A stretch of 64,000 bases of DNA from Vulcanimicrobiota bacterium (GCA_050250895.1 JBFWNU010000001.1:320001-384000), one strand, 5' to 3'. Numbered from the stretch's first letter, positions 9,600 to 19,404 are shown. Notes: a model not told the origin generated them from the letters alone. A program made the numbers and translations.

Positions 9600-11003
9600 A
9601 TGCAACTTCAACCGGCGAATACTCGGCACTGGAACCTGGTGGGCTTTCTCGACGCCCGCAATCATGAACTCGACGCCCCCACTACCCGCGAGGCGGTCGA
9701 CTTCTTCCAGCACGCACCCGAGCAGACGGCCGTCAGCTTTCAGTTGGCCCGAAAGACCCGTTCGGCGGGCTGGCAGCGGACCGTGGGCAAGCTCGAGAAA
9801 TTGGTGTTGCCCGCGGCCGTGGTGGCGGTAGGAGCGGCCGCCTTCACCCTCGGTTTGCCAGCTCTGGTCACGGCCGGACTGGCGGTCGAGGCCATCGGCA
9901 CGGGAGTCATGGCCTGGCTCGACGGCAACAAGCGTCTGCAGTCGGTCGAGCGCAACGAAGCCTTCCACCAAGAGCCCGCCTGGAAAGGCGTCAAGTCGTT
10001 CGACCTGAACGCCCAGGCGGCGGCCGGACCGACTCGTCTGCCCGAGACGTCCAGGACCGAGCAGCCCTTCAACGACTTTCTGGGCGACAAGATGAAGGCT
10101 TATCCAGCTCGCTACACAGCCATGCTGGTGTCGGGCCACGGCGACGGTTATCGCAAAGTGGCCGGCCAGAAGCTCGAGGAAGTCGCCGAGACGCTGGCCG
10201 CCAATCGGCGCCAGACGGGCAAGAAGGTCGACCTGGTAGTGCTCGAGGCCTGCAAGATGGGCAACCTCGAGGGGCTGGCCAAGCTGGCCGAGGGAGCCCG
10301 CCTGGCCATCGTTTCTGAGGATGCCATCTGGGATGTGGGCCTGCCCTGGAAGCCCATTCTCGAGAAGATGGATGCGGGGCTTGATCCCGAACAACTGGGT
10401 CGAGCCATCGTGGCCACCAGCGGTGGCGTCGAGCACAAAGGCGAAGTCAAAATCCCCCAGATGGCCCTGATCGATCTCGAGAAGCTCGCCGGGCTCTGCG
10501 GTTCGGTCGAGAAGCTAGCCGCGCATTTGCAAGACGAAATCGAGGGCGGCCACAAAGAAAAGGTCCGGGCCGCTTTTGCCTCCACCCGCCATTTCCCCAG
10601 GGCTCCCGAGCCTCGAATGAAGGGTCTGCTGGGCCTGGGCGAGCGCCTCTATAACAAAGTCAAGCGGGACATCTTCTATCCAGATCTGGGCGATCTGGGT
10701 GGATTTCTCGATGGTCTCGACCGGGAATTCTCCGACCAGAAGATGCGCCAGGTCGTGGCCGAGGTGCGCCAGGGGCTGCAGACCTCGGTGGTCTCGAACC
10801 AGGTGCACCCCAGCTACGAGGGCCAGGCCCACGGCCTGTCCTTGCGTATGCCCAGCCCGATCCACTTCAAGGCTTACTATGGCAAACGCACCGGCTTAAA
10901 AGAGTGGAGCCAGGTGATCGACTCGATGCGGCCCTGGCGAGCCCGCTTTGGCAGCGCCCTGCTCGAGGGTGCCAGGTCGGTCTACGACCGGATTCGTCAG
11001 TAA
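9600..11003 (+). CDS. Clostripain-like (peptidase C11) cysteine protease
   Basis: SGHGDG and DLVVLEACKMGNLE resemble the C11 His/Cys dyad motifs; C-terminal HGLSL..P; internal hydrophobic hairpin. Confidence 0.75.
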   Translation: MQLQPANTRHWNLVGFLDARNHELDAPTTREAVDFFQHAPEQTAVSFQLARKTRSAGWQRTVGKLEKLVLPAAVVAVGAAAFTLGLPALVTAGLAVEAIGTGVMAWLDGNKRLQSVERNEAFHQEPAWKGVKSFDLNAQAAAGPTRLPETSRTEQPFNDFLGDKMKAYPARYTAMLVSGHGDGYRKVAGQKLEEVAETLAANRRQTGKKVDLVVLEACKMGNLEGLAKLAEGARLAIVSEDAIWDVGLPWKPILEKMDAGLDPEQLGRAIVATSGGVEHKGEVKIPQMALIDLEKLAGLCGSVEKLAAHLQDEIEGGHKEKVRAAFASTRHFPRAPEPRMKGLLGLGERLYNKVKRDIFYPDLGDLGGFLDGLDREFSDQKMRQVVAEVRQGLQTSVVSNQVHPSYEGQAHGLSLRMPSPIHFKAYYGKRTGLKEWSQVIDSMRPWRARFGSALLEGARSVYDRIRQ

Positions 11004-11314
11004 GGGATTGGCTCCCAGTTCCGTCGGGGTGGATAGCTCCTGCGAAAATCGTCGATGACTCGCTCGACCTCGAGGTAGCTCTTGGTTTTTCTAAGCTCCG
11101 GCAAGGACAGGCAGCGCCGGACCACGGCGTCGAGTTCCTTGGGCTGCAGTTCAGCCACCGCCTCCAGCACGTGAGCGTGACTGACACCGTCGAAGCTGTC
11201 CACCCCAAAACCGAGGCAAGTGAGCAACTTACACGGTAAATCGAGGCTGTGGACGGCGGCGAGGTTGGCGAGATCCTCGCCGGGCGTCCCCAAAAATGAG
11301 CCCGCGGCGCGCAC
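10997..11314 (-). CDS. Hypothetical protein
   Basis: ORF fills the gap between genes; no recognisable motif. Confidence 0.45.
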   Translation of the reverse strand: MRAAGSFLGTPGEDLANLAAVHSLDLPCKLLTCLGFGVDSFDGVSHAHVLEAVAELQPKELDAVVRRCLSLPELRKTKSYLEVERVIDDFRRSYPPRRNWEPIPY

Positions 11315-11447
11315 GGGTCAAGCCTTGCAGCAAGGGGTTCGTGGCAAGACTCATCTTTCTATGCTAGTGTATCAAATACACTTATCCTGCCAACAAACCA
11401 TCCTGTTCGGCAAGTTTAAGGCCGCGCGGGCGCGAAGCCTCTGGCCC

Positions 11448-13364
11448 ATGCTCAAGAACAAGGTCGTTTCTGCCGCTGCAGCGGTCGAAGTCATCGTTTC
11501 CGGAGACACCGTCGCCACCGGAGGATTTGTGGGAAGCGGCTTCGCCGAGGGCCTGGCCGAGGCGCTCGAACGACGCTTTCTCGACACCGGCGAACCGGCC
11601 AACCTCACCCTGGTCTATGCGGCCGGCCAGGGCGACGGCCAGACACGGGGCCTCAACCACTTCGCCCACGAAGGGATGGTCAAGCGGGTGGTGGGCGGCC
11701 ACTGGGGGCTGGTGCCCGGCCTGGGGCGGCTGGCCCTCGAGAACAAGATCGAGGCCTACAACCTGCCCCAGGGCGTGATCTCGCATCTGTATCGCAATAT
11801 CGCCGCCGGTAAGCCAGGAGTGCTCACCCACGTCGGCCTCGAGACCTTCGTGGACCCTCGTCTCGAGGGAGGTCGTCTCAACAACCGCACCCGTGAGGAA
11901 CTGGTCGAGGTGATGAGCGTGCGAGGACGCGAGTATCTGTTCTATCACGCCTTTCCCATCCAGGTGGCCCTGTTGCGTGGCACTACCGCCGACCTGGCCG
12001 GCAACATCTCGATGGAGCGAGAAGCCCTGAGCCTCGAGGCCCTGGCCATCGCTCAGGCGGTCAAAAACAGCGGCGGCGTGGTGCTGGTCCAGGTCGAGCG
12101 AGTCACCACCCAGCACCACTTGCACCCTCAAATGATCAAGATACCCGGCGCCCTGGTCGACTGCGTGGTGGTGGCCCAGCCCCATCAGCACCAGATGACC
12201 TTTGGCGAAGACTACAACCCGGCCTACACCGGAGAGGTCCGCATTCCCTCGACCTCGCTGGCCCCGATGCCCCTCGACGCCCGCAAGGTGATCGCCCGCC
12301 GCGGGGCCTCGTTTCTCAAGATCAACTCGGTGGTCAATCTGGGCATCGGTATGCCCGAGGGCATCGCTCGCGTGGCCAACGAAGAGCGTATTCTAGACTT
12401 CATCACCCTGACGGTCGAGCCGGGGGGCCTGGGCGGCATCCCAGCGGGCGGATTGAGCTTTGGCGCGGTGGCCAACCCGGCCGCCATCATCGATCAGCCC
12501 TCGCAATTTGATTTCTACGACGGAGGCGGCCTGGATCAGGCCTTTCTCGGCATGGCCGAATGCGACCGCCACGGCAATGTCAACGTGAGCAAATTCGGCC
12601 CCCGCCTGGCCGGGGCCGGGGGCTTTATCAACATCAGCCAGAACACCGAGTTCGTCTGCTTTATGGGCACCTTCACCTCGAAGACCGAGGTGGCTGTTGA
12701 AGACGGTCGACTTCGCATTCTGGCCGACGGTGGAGCCCGCAAATTCGTGGACCAGGTTCATCAGGTCACCTTCAGCGCGTCCTACGCCAGAAAACACCAC
12801 CATAAAGTCTACTACGTTACCGAGCGAGCCGTCTTTCGACTGGCCGAAGAGGGCCTGGAACTCATCGAACTAGCGCCCGGGGTCGAACTCGAACAGGTGC
12901 TGGCTCAAATGGACTTTCAGCCTGCCATCGCCGATCCGTTGGCCAGCATGGACCCGCGCATTTTCCGGGCCGAACTGATGGGGCTCGACTCGCAAAGCCG
13001 CGACCTGGTCAGCCAGCGTCTGTACTACGATCCCGAGACCAACACTGTCTTCGTCGATTTTGAAGGACTCAGGCTAGATACCCCCGCTCAGGTCGATGAA
13101 CTCAGCCGACGCCTCGACGACTATTTCTCGGCCCTGGGCGGCAAGTGCAAGGCGGTGGTCAACTATGACAACTTCGTGGTGGCGCCCGCAGCCGAAGCCG
13201 CTTATTTCGCCATGGTCGAGCGCAACCAGGCCCGATACTTTTTGTCCTGCGTGCGCTATTCGACCAACGCCTTCTTTCGCCGTCAGGTCGGCCCCAAGTT
13301 CGCCCAGCTCAAGTCGAGGCTGCACTCCAGCTATTCGGAAGCGGTCAGTCAACTCGAGGGTTAA
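11448..13364 (+). CDS. Acyl-CoA:acetate/propionate CoA-transferase (YdiF/Pct type) with C-terminal extra domain
   Basis: [31 protein letters not shown], catalytic E region [24 protein letters not shown]. Confidence 0.92.
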   Translation: MLKNKVVSAAAAVEVIVSGDTVATGGFVGSGFAEGLAEALERRFLDTGEPANLTLVYAAGQGDGQTRGLNHFAHEGMVKRVVGGHWGLVPGLGRLALENKIEAYNLPQGVISHLYRNIAAGKPGVLTHVGLETFVDPRLEGGRLNNRTREELVEVMSVRGREYLFYHAFPIQVALLRGTTADLAGNISMEREALSLEALAIAQAVKNSGGVVLVQVERVTTQHHLHPQMIKIPGALVDCVVVAQPHQHQMTFGEDYNPAYTGEVRIPSTSLAPMPLDARKVIARRGASFLKINSVVNLGIGMPEGIARVANEERILDFITLTVEPGGLGGIPAGGLSFGAVANPAAIIDQPSQFDFYDGGGLDQAFLGMAECDRHGNVNVSKFGPRLAGAGGFINISQNTEFVCFMGTFTSKTEVAVEDGRLRILADGGARKFVDQVHQVTFSASYARKHHHKVYYVTERAVFRLAEEGLELIELAPGVELEQVLAQMDFQPAIADPLASMDPRIFRAELMGLDSQSRDLVSQRLYYDPETNTVFVDFEGLRLDTPAQVDELSRRLDDYFSALGGKCKAVVNYDNFVVAPAAEAAYFAMVERNQARYFLSCVRYSTNAFFRRQVGPKFAQLKSRLHSSYSEAVSQLEG

Positions 13365-13412
13365 CATCACGGCAACCTCCCCGACGCAGTACCAACATAA
13401 GTTCGAGTGGCA

Positions 13413-14063
13413 ATGTTGATTACGCCAGCCCGGCCCAAGCCACCGACCCCCCCCGCGCCCAAGACTCCCCCGCCGTCGAAAGACGACTTCGATCCCATCG
13501 AGCTGATCCGGGATGGCATCGAGAAGGACCCCTTGATTCGGGCCGGCGCCATGGGCAGCCTGGCCTATGTGGCGGGCTCGGCCTATCCCACCGTGTGGAT
13601 GCACGAAATGGGCCACGCTCTCACGGCCGAAGCGCTCTTCCAGGGAGCCAACCCCATCGTCGAAGTGACTCCCTTCGGTGGCGGCGTTACCTACTGGCGC
13701 CCGGGCCCATTGACCGAACGCGGCCAACAGCTCGGCTTTGACGGCGCCCGCGCGGCCGTCTCGGCAGCGGGTCCGCTGGTCGATATGGCTGTGGCCATGA
13801 CCACCTTCGGGGTCGGCTACAAGATTCGCAAAGAGCATCCTTACGTGGGGTCGGCCCTGATGGGCTACGCCGCCTTTAGCGTAGTCAACGACATTCTCTA
13901 CGCCAGTTCGGCTCTCGGCAACATAGCCAAGACGGCCGCCACCGGTAACGACTTCGCCAATATCGCCGTGCGGACCGGCCTCCACCCCCTGGCCTCGATC
14001 GCCATCATGGCGGCCATTCTGCCGGCCGAATATCTGTTGCTGCGCTACCTCGAGAACAACTAG
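13413..14063 (+). CDS. Peptidase M50B-like membrane metalloprotease
   Basis: HEMGH, GG.T, AAGP and a later ND motif; Pro-rich N-terminus. Confidence 0.75.
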   Translation: MLITPARPKPPTPPAPKTPPPSKDDFDPIELIRDGIEKDPLIRAGAMGSLAYVAGSAYPTVWMHEMGHALTAEALFQGANPIVEVTPFGGGVTYWRPGPLTERGQQLGFDGARAAVSAAGPLVDMAVAMTTFGVGYKIRKEHPYVGSALMGYAAFSVVNDILYASSALGNIAKTAATGNDFANIAVRTGLHPLASIAIMAAILPAEYLLLRYLENN

Positions 14064-14064
14064 T

Positions 14065-14097
14065 TTTCAGCTTTTTTTAAGGGCTCGAGATTACGTT
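14065..14097 (+). promoter_or_regulatory. TTTCAG-N5-TTTAAG-N10-TACGTT promoter
   Basis: Variant of the shared motif. Confidence 0.6.
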
Positions 14098-14124
14098 CCC
14101 CAACGAATCACAGGAGAGAAACAG

Positions 14125-14337
14125 ATGAACATCAGACAGCCAATTCAGACCTTCGCCCACTCGGCAGCTCGCAAGCAGGCGGCGCCCACTCAACCCGGGC
14201 CCGATGACGTGCCCGATGAGTTCGACAATCGGCGCGACTACGGCAATGGCCCGGATGACGTTTACGACGAGTATGACAACGGCCGCCAGGAGACCTACAG
14301 CGGTCCCGATGGAACCTATTCCTACGATCCCTACTAG
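14125..14337 (+). CDS. Small acidic repeat peptide (GPDDV.DE.DN repeats)
   Basis: SD AGGAG; internal repeats. Confidence 0.75.
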   Translation: MNIRQPIQTFAHSAARKQAAPTQPGPDDVPDEFDNRRDYGNGPDDVYDEYDNGRQETYSGPDGTYSYDPY

Positions 14338-14819
14338 TCGGTCTTGTTGCCGCGGGCCCAGCGCACCGTCTCGCCGGCCAGACTGACACCGGCCGAGTAG
14401 GCCCCCAGCACGCCGGCCCCCAATAGGCACTGGTTGAGGGCAAAGCCGTCATTGATGGCGCCCAGATAGGTGCCGCCGATGCCTACGGCCACAGCCAGAG
14501 CCGCGCCGCCCGCCAGGGCGAGCAGCTGTTGGCCCAACCCCTGCCGCCCCTCGGCCACCGCTTCGACCAGGTTCTCGGCCGCGAACATAGTAGCGATCGA
14601 ACCGACCTTGGCCCCGGCAATGAAGGGTACGGCCCCGGCCAGAGCACCGATGGCGCCCCAGCGGGCCACCCGGGCCAGCGTCTTGCCCGTCAGCAAAGGC
14701 GTGCTAGACACCTTCACGTCGGTGGTGTCGGCCGGCGTCGCGGGGTCGGTCTCTGGTTTGGGCGGGGCAGCCACCGCTCGGCGGATCAGGGGTGGGGTCA
14801 TCAAAGCAGAAACTCTCAT
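14334..14819 (-). CDS. Glycine-zipper membrane protein
   Basis: GxxxG hydrophobic helices; TAGTCT 6 nt before the ATG. Confidence 0.7.
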   Translation of the reverse strand: MRVSALMTPPLIRRAVAAPPKPETDPATPADTTDVKVSSTPLLTGKTLARVARWGAIGALAGAVPFIAGAKVGSIATMFAAENLVEAVAEGRQGLGQQLLALAGGAALAVAVGIGGTYLGAINDGFALNQCLLGAGVLGAYSAGVSLAGETVRWARGNKTD

Positions 14820-14937
14820 ACCAACAGACTAGGCCAGCCGGTTTGGGCCAGAGTTTGGGTTGCCCTCACCAGATGTTTCCATCAGGTTACCTCCGGTCAG
14901 CTTGCCTGTTGCACTGGCCGAATGCTACACTCTCAGG

Positions 14938-15090
14938 GTGTCGAGAAGAAAGCGTCGTCAAAAGGCCAGGCGCGCCAAAGGGGTCGCTCCGGCGCCGAAG
15001 ATTATGGGTCTTGAGCCCTTCCAATTGATGTTGGTGGTGATGGTGGTACTGGGTTTGGCTGCCGTGCTCGCCAACGCGTTCCTGGGCTAG
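14938..15090 (+). CDS. Small basic single-TM protein
   Basis: TTGCCT-N18-TACACT-N6-GTG; basic N-terminus plus a TM helix. Confidence 0.55.
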   Translation: MSRRKRRQKARRAKGVAPAPKIMGLEPFQLMLVVMVVLGLAAVLANAFLG

Positions 15091-15154
15091 ATGTCCGGGA
15101 CTTTTGTCACAGAGTCTAGCGCTCATTCGAGCTAAGGTCTGGGTCGGAGGTAGT

Positions 15155-15769
15155 ATGAAACGATTTCTCTTTGCCATGGCCCTGACCATGCTCTGGTGCG
15201 CTCCCGGAATAGCCGATCAAAAGGCGGACCTGGTCCAGGCTGTGCGCTCGGACGGCTTCCCTCTCGAGGCCGAAGTGATGGCGCGCTACGTCGAAGTCGA
15301 GATGTCACCGGAATGGTGGGCCATTATGCTCGATCCCGGCGAAGAGCGCGGTGCCCGCCAATCGTTGCGAATCGTGGTCAGCAACATGATCGCGCTGGCC
15401 AACAACATGGGCTGGGGCGACCTGGCGCGCCTCGACCAGGACAGCGGGCGCAAGGGCAACAGCCCCCCGGTCCTCGCCATGATGGATTCTTGGAAGGACA
15501 AGCTGGCGGTCAAACTGGTGCTCGGCTTCACTCCTGACGACACCTCGAAAAAGCAGACCGTCGATGGCCTGGATCGCCTGGGTTATCCGATCGGCTCGGT
15601 TGCCCAGCCCCGGTCTGGCAAGTTCTTTCTAACCGCCACCTACGACCCGGCCGCCACCGACATCAAAGCGTCGATGTCGTCTGACGCCAGCACCTACAGC
15701 TTGACGCTGCCAGCCTATACAAGCTGGAGCCAGAGCAAGGTCGACGCCGTGATGAAACGTGGCCACTAA
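15155..15769 (+). CDS. Secreted hypothetical protein
   Basis: SD GGAGG; Sec signal MKRFLFAMALTMLWCAPGIA. Confidence 0.75.
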   Translation: MKRFLFAMALTMLWCAPGIADQKADLVQAVRSDGFPLEAEVMARYVEVEMSPEWWAIMLDPGEERGARQSLRIVVSNMIALANNMGWGDLARLDQDSGRKGNSPPVLAMMDSWKDKLAVKLVLGFTPDDTSKKQTVDGLDRLGYPIGSVAQPRSGKFFLTATYDPAATDIKASMSSDASTYSLTLPAYTSWSQSKVDAVMKRGH

Positions 15770-15852
15770 CTGATCGGGTGCCCCCCTCTTAGACCGGTGC
15801 AGGTTGTCTGCGCCGGTCCTTTACCGTTCATAGTGAAGTGAGAGGATTTACT

Positions 15853-16314
15853 ATGAGCACAACCACCTATTCTGAAAAGCCCGCTACCGTCACCACCGCC
15901 AAGCCGGTGGTCTACGTTCCTGCCGTGGGTGGCTGGGTATCCACTGTGCCGGCCATCGGCCGGGTATTACTCAGTCTGATCTTTGTTTTTAGCGGCCTGG
16001 GCAAGATTTTCAACCTCGGCTCCACCGCCGAAATGATGGCCTCGGCCGGCTTTGTGGCCGTACCCGTCTTCTTGCTCGGCGCGATCGTGCTCGAGCTGGG
16101 GGGCGGCCTGATGCTGATGTTCGACCTTAAAGGTCACGTGGCGGCAATCATGCTGACCATCTTTTTGATTCCGGCCACCCTCATCTTCCACGACTTCTGG
16201 AACCTGCAGGGTGCTGCCGCCCACACGCAGATGGTCAACTTCATGAAGAACGTGGCGATTCTGGGTGGCCTGATGGTGGCTGGAACCCATTCCTGGGTCA
16301 AGCGCCAGGTCTAG
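15853..16314 (+). CDS. DoxX family membrane protein
   Basis: GRVLLSLIFVFSG.GK, ELGGG, FHDFW, FMKNVAILGGL. Confidence 0.9.
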   Translation: MSTTTYSEKPATVTTAKPVVYVPAVGGWVSTVPAIGRVLLSLIFVFSGLGKIFNLGSTAEMMASAGFVAVPVFLLGAIVLELGGGLMLMFDLKGHVAAIMLTIFLIPATLIFHDFWNLQGAAAHTQMVNFMKNVAILGGLMVAGTHSWVKRQV

Positions 16315-16329
16315 GGGCTATCCGCTGGG

Positions 16330-18294
16330 ATGCCCTCGACGGTTCAGGAAGTATCTGCTCGGCCGCAGACCGCTAGCATAGGCTCAGGGGGAGGCCCCCC
16401 CCACTTGACCGACCCTTGCGAGCAGAAGAAAAACCGACTTCCTCTATTGATGCTGGGCGCCCTGGGCGTGGTCTATGGCGACATCGGCACCAGCCCGATC
16501 TACGCCCTGCGCGAGTCGTTTCACGCCCAGCATGGCTTCCAGCCTAGCCCGGCTAATGTGCTGGGCGTTCTTTCTTTGATCTTCTGGGCGCTGGTGCTAG
16601 TCATCTGCATCAAGTATCTGGCTTTCGTACTGCGCGCCGACAACGGGGGTGAAGGCGGCATCCTGGCTCTCTCGTCGCTGGTGGCCGAGAGTTCGGCCGC
16701 CCGCGCCTGGGGCGGCCGGACCGTGTTGGCCCTGGGCTTGTTCGGAACGGCCTTGCTTTACGGCGACGGGATGATTACGCCGGCCATCTCGGTTTTGAGC
16801 GCGGTAGAAGGCCTCGGTGAGGCTACTCCGGTCTTTCAGCCGTACGTCATCCCGCTGACCGTGGCCATTTTGGTGGGGCTTTTCTGGACCCAGGCGCGAG
16901 GCACCGAAAAAGTGGGGCGGATGTTCGGCCCTGTGACCCTGGCGTGGTTTGGCTGCTTGGCCTCGCTGGGGCTATGGCACATCGCTCGAGAACCGCTGGT
17001 GCTGTCTTGCATCCTGCCCACCCATGCCATCGGGTTCTTCCTGAACCACGGCTGGTCGGCCTTTCTGGTGCTGGGCTCGGTCTTTCTGGTGGTCACCGGT
17101 GGCGAGGCTCTCTACGCCGACATGGGCCACTTTGGCAAGCGACCCATTCGACTCACCTGGTTTGTGCTGGTGCTGCCTGCTCTACTGCTCAACTATCTGG
17201 GGCAGGGGGCGCTGGTCTTGCGCCAACCCGAGGCGATCGCCAACCCCTTCTTTCGCATGATTCCGCAGTGGGGCTACTACCCTATGGTGGTGTTGGCCAC
17301 AGCGGCCACCGTGATCGCTTCGCAGGCCCTCATCTCGGGAGCCTTCTCGATCACGATGCAAGCCGTGCAGCTGGGTTTTCTACCGCGCATGAAGGTCGAG
17401 CACACGTCGTCCGACGAGAGAGGCCAGGTCTATGTGGGGGTGGTCAACTGGATCCTCATGGTGGCCTGCATCACGCTCGTGTTGGCCTTTCGCTCCTCGA
17501 GCAACCTGGCGGCCGCCTACGGCGTGGCCGTCACCTGCTCGATGGGGATCACCACCACTCTCTTCTTCTATCTCTGTCGCCACGCCTGGGGTTGGTCCTG
17601 GCCTCGAGCCCTGGGGCTGTGCTCGATATTCTGGACGGTGGATCTTGCCTTCTTCGGGGCCAACCTGACCAAGGTCCCGACCGGCGGTTGGTTTCCACTG
17701 GTCGTCGGTAGCAGTCTCTTCTTGCTGATGAAGACCTGGAAACAGGGACGTCGCTTGCTGGGTCAAGAGATCGCCGCCCACTCGGTCAGCCTCGAGAAAC
17801 TGGTGGACGAACGGCTCGAGCAAGCGTCTCAGCGGGTGCCCGGCACGGCGGTCTTCATGAGCGGACAGCCCCGAGTCGCCCCGCCGGCTCTGCTGGCCAA
17901 CCTGCACTTCAACCACACCCTCCATGAGCGAGTGCTGATCGTGACCGTGATCGTCTCGGAGCGCTCCCGGGTGCCGGCGGAAGAACGAGCCGAGATCAAG
18001 AAGATCGACGACGAAATCTATACCGTCAAGCTCACCTTCGGCTATATGACCGAACCCAATGTCCCCAGCATCCTGAAGACGCTCCGTGTTCATGGGCAAC
18101 CGTTGCTGGGCGACGAGGTCACCTACTTCCTGGGTCGCGAGACCATCGTTCCCACCCGCGATCCCGAAGACAAGATGGCCCTGTGGCGCGAGCGACTCTT
18201 TGCCGCCATGGCCCGCAACTCGCTGAATGCCACCGCCTTTTTCAATATCCCTACGGACCGGGTGGTGGAGGTGGGAACGCGGTTCGAATTGTAA
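16330..18294 (+). CDS. kup: Potassium transporter Kup
   Basis: GVVYGDIGTSPIY, ADNGGEGG, GDGMITPAISVLSAVEG, EALYADMGHFG. Confidence 0.96.
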   Translation: MPSTVQEVSARPQTASIGSGGGPPHLTDPCEQKKNRLPLLMLGALGVVYGDIGTSPIYALRESFHAQHGFQPSPANVLGVLSLIFWALVLVICIKYLAFVLRADNGGEGGILALSSLVAESSAARAWGGRTVLALGLFGTALLYGDGMITPAISVLSAVEGLGEATPVFQPYVIPLTVAILVGLFWTQARGTEKVGRMFGPVTLAWFGCLASLGLWHIAREPLVLSCILPTHAIGFFLNHGWSAFLVLGSVFLVVTGGEALYADMGHFGKRPIRLTWFVLVLPALLLNYLGQGALVLRQPEAIANPFFRMIPQWGYYPMVVLATAATVIASQALISGAFSITMQAVQLGFLPRMKVEHTSSDERGQVYVGVVNWILMVACITLVLAFRSSSNLAAAYGVAVTCSMGITTTLFFYLCRHAWGWSWPRALGLCSIFWTVDLAFFGANLTKVPTGGWFPLVVGSSLFLLMKTWKQGRRLLGQEIAAHSVSLEKLVDERLEQASQRVPGTAVFMSGQPRVAPPALLANLHFNHTLHERVLIVTVIVSERSRVPAEERAEIKKIDDEIYTVKLTFGYMTEPNVPSILKTLRVHGQPLLGDEVTYFLGRETIVPTRDPEDKMALWRERLFAAMARNSLNATAFFNIPTDRVVEVGTRFEL

Positions 18295-18295
18295 T

Positions 18296-18309
18296 TTGAC
18301 CCAGGTCAA
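18296..18309. promoter_or_regulatory. FNR/CRP-family box TTGAC-N4-GTCAA
   Basis: Palindrome centred 41.5 nt upstream of the ATG at 18344; -10 TAAGAT at 18332-18337. Confidence 0.65.
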
Positions 18310-18343
18310 GGCAAGGTGCTCAAGACCGGGTTAAGATGCGAGC

Positions 18344-18523
18344 ATGGCTAAACGCGTCATCATTCTCGAGCACGTCACGTGCCCCGAAACTCACCAACCC
18401 GAAGTCGTTGAATACGAGCCCCAGGCGCCGGTTGGACAACAGGTCACCTGGTGCTCGAAAACCCTGGGCAAGCCCGGCTGCTCCGAGTGCTGTCTCAGAG
18501 CCGCCAGACCCCAGGAGGACTAG
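18344..18523 (+). CDS. Small Cys-rich protein (59 aa, absent from the ORF track)
   Basis: MAKRVIILEHVTCPETHQPEVVEYEPQAPVGQQVTWCSKTLGKPGCSECCLRAARPQED; has a promoter; stop overlaps the convergent gene's stop. Confidence 0.7.
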   Translation: MAKRVIILEHVTCPETHQPEVVEYEPQAPVGQQVTWCSKTLGKPGCSECCLRAARPQED

Positions 18524-19203
18524 AGCCGGCGCCCTTCGGAGAACTTCTGGGCGTAGCGGCCACTGGTTAGACTGTCGATCTTGACCGGCGCATTGGCGGT
18601 CGGGCGATGGACGAATTTGCCGTTGCCGATGTAGATACCGACATGGGTATACTTGCCGCGCCGATAGGTGTTGTCGAAAAGAACGATGTCGCCGGGCTTG
18701 AGCGCGTCACGACCAACCTTCTTGCCATACTTGGCGAAGTCGGCGGCCCGGGCGGTGTGCTTGAAGCCCGGAGGAGCCGTGCCCGATTGCTCGAGCATGG
18801 TGCTGACGAAGTCGGCACAACGCTTGGTCTGGCCGGGCTTGAAGTTCTTTCCGTCCCAACGCTTGGCGAAGTCGGCCAGTCGGTTGCCCGTCGAACTGGC
18901 GGGCAGTTCCGACCCCGCTTGGGAGTTGGGACGTGTCCCCCCAAGAAAATCGCTCAGTCCCCCCTGCGCGTTGGGAACAAAGTTGGAAGGCGAGCCGCCT
19001 CCACATCCACAGCCTCCTGAACCGCCTCCGAAGCCAGGGTTTTGAGATGCAGCGAAGCCGCTTCCGCCGGTGAATTGAGCCAGCATCTGTTGCACCAGAG
19101 CCATCAGGATTTGCTGCAGCGGGATGCCCATCATCGGCAGGGCTTGCGGTCCCATGCCGTAGGGGTTGAGGCCAGGATAACCACCTAGACCATAGATTGC
19201 CAT
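18520..19203 (-). CDS. NlpC/P60 family cell-wall hydrolase with Gly/Gln-rich N-terminus
   Basis: CADFVS, LKPGDIVLF, HVGIYIGNGKFVH. Confidence 0.88.
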   Translation of the reverse strand: MAIYGLGGYPGLNPYGMGPQALPMMGIPLQQILMALVQQMLAQFTGGSGFAASQNPGFGGGSGGCGCGGGSPSNFVPNAQGGLSDFLGGTRPNSQAGSELPASSTGNRLADFAKRWDGKNFKPGQTKRCADFVSTMLEQSGTAPPGFKHTARAADFAKYGKKVGRDALKPGDIVLFDNTYRRGKYTHVGIYIGNGKFVHRPTANAPVKIDSLTSGRYAQKFSEGRRL

Positions 19204-19404
19204 TCACAGTCTCCTCTCGATTGAACCTCGACCCCGAGCGAGGAGACCTCCTGTTGTCAGGATACGAGAGCTTTTGTGCGCCGAACTTTGGAAATTTCTG
19301 GGAAAGTTATTAACGGACTGTAAAAACTTACTCATCCCCTGGGATGGGCCTTCGAGCCACCCAGGGAGGGGGATCTCGACTCGAGGGCCGGCTACAGTCT
19401 AGTT

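Noticed and set aside
11229-11354. 41-codon minus-strand ORF ([11 protein letters not shown]...) as a frameshifted start of 10997-11314
   Set aside because: No homology evidence is available to join the frames.
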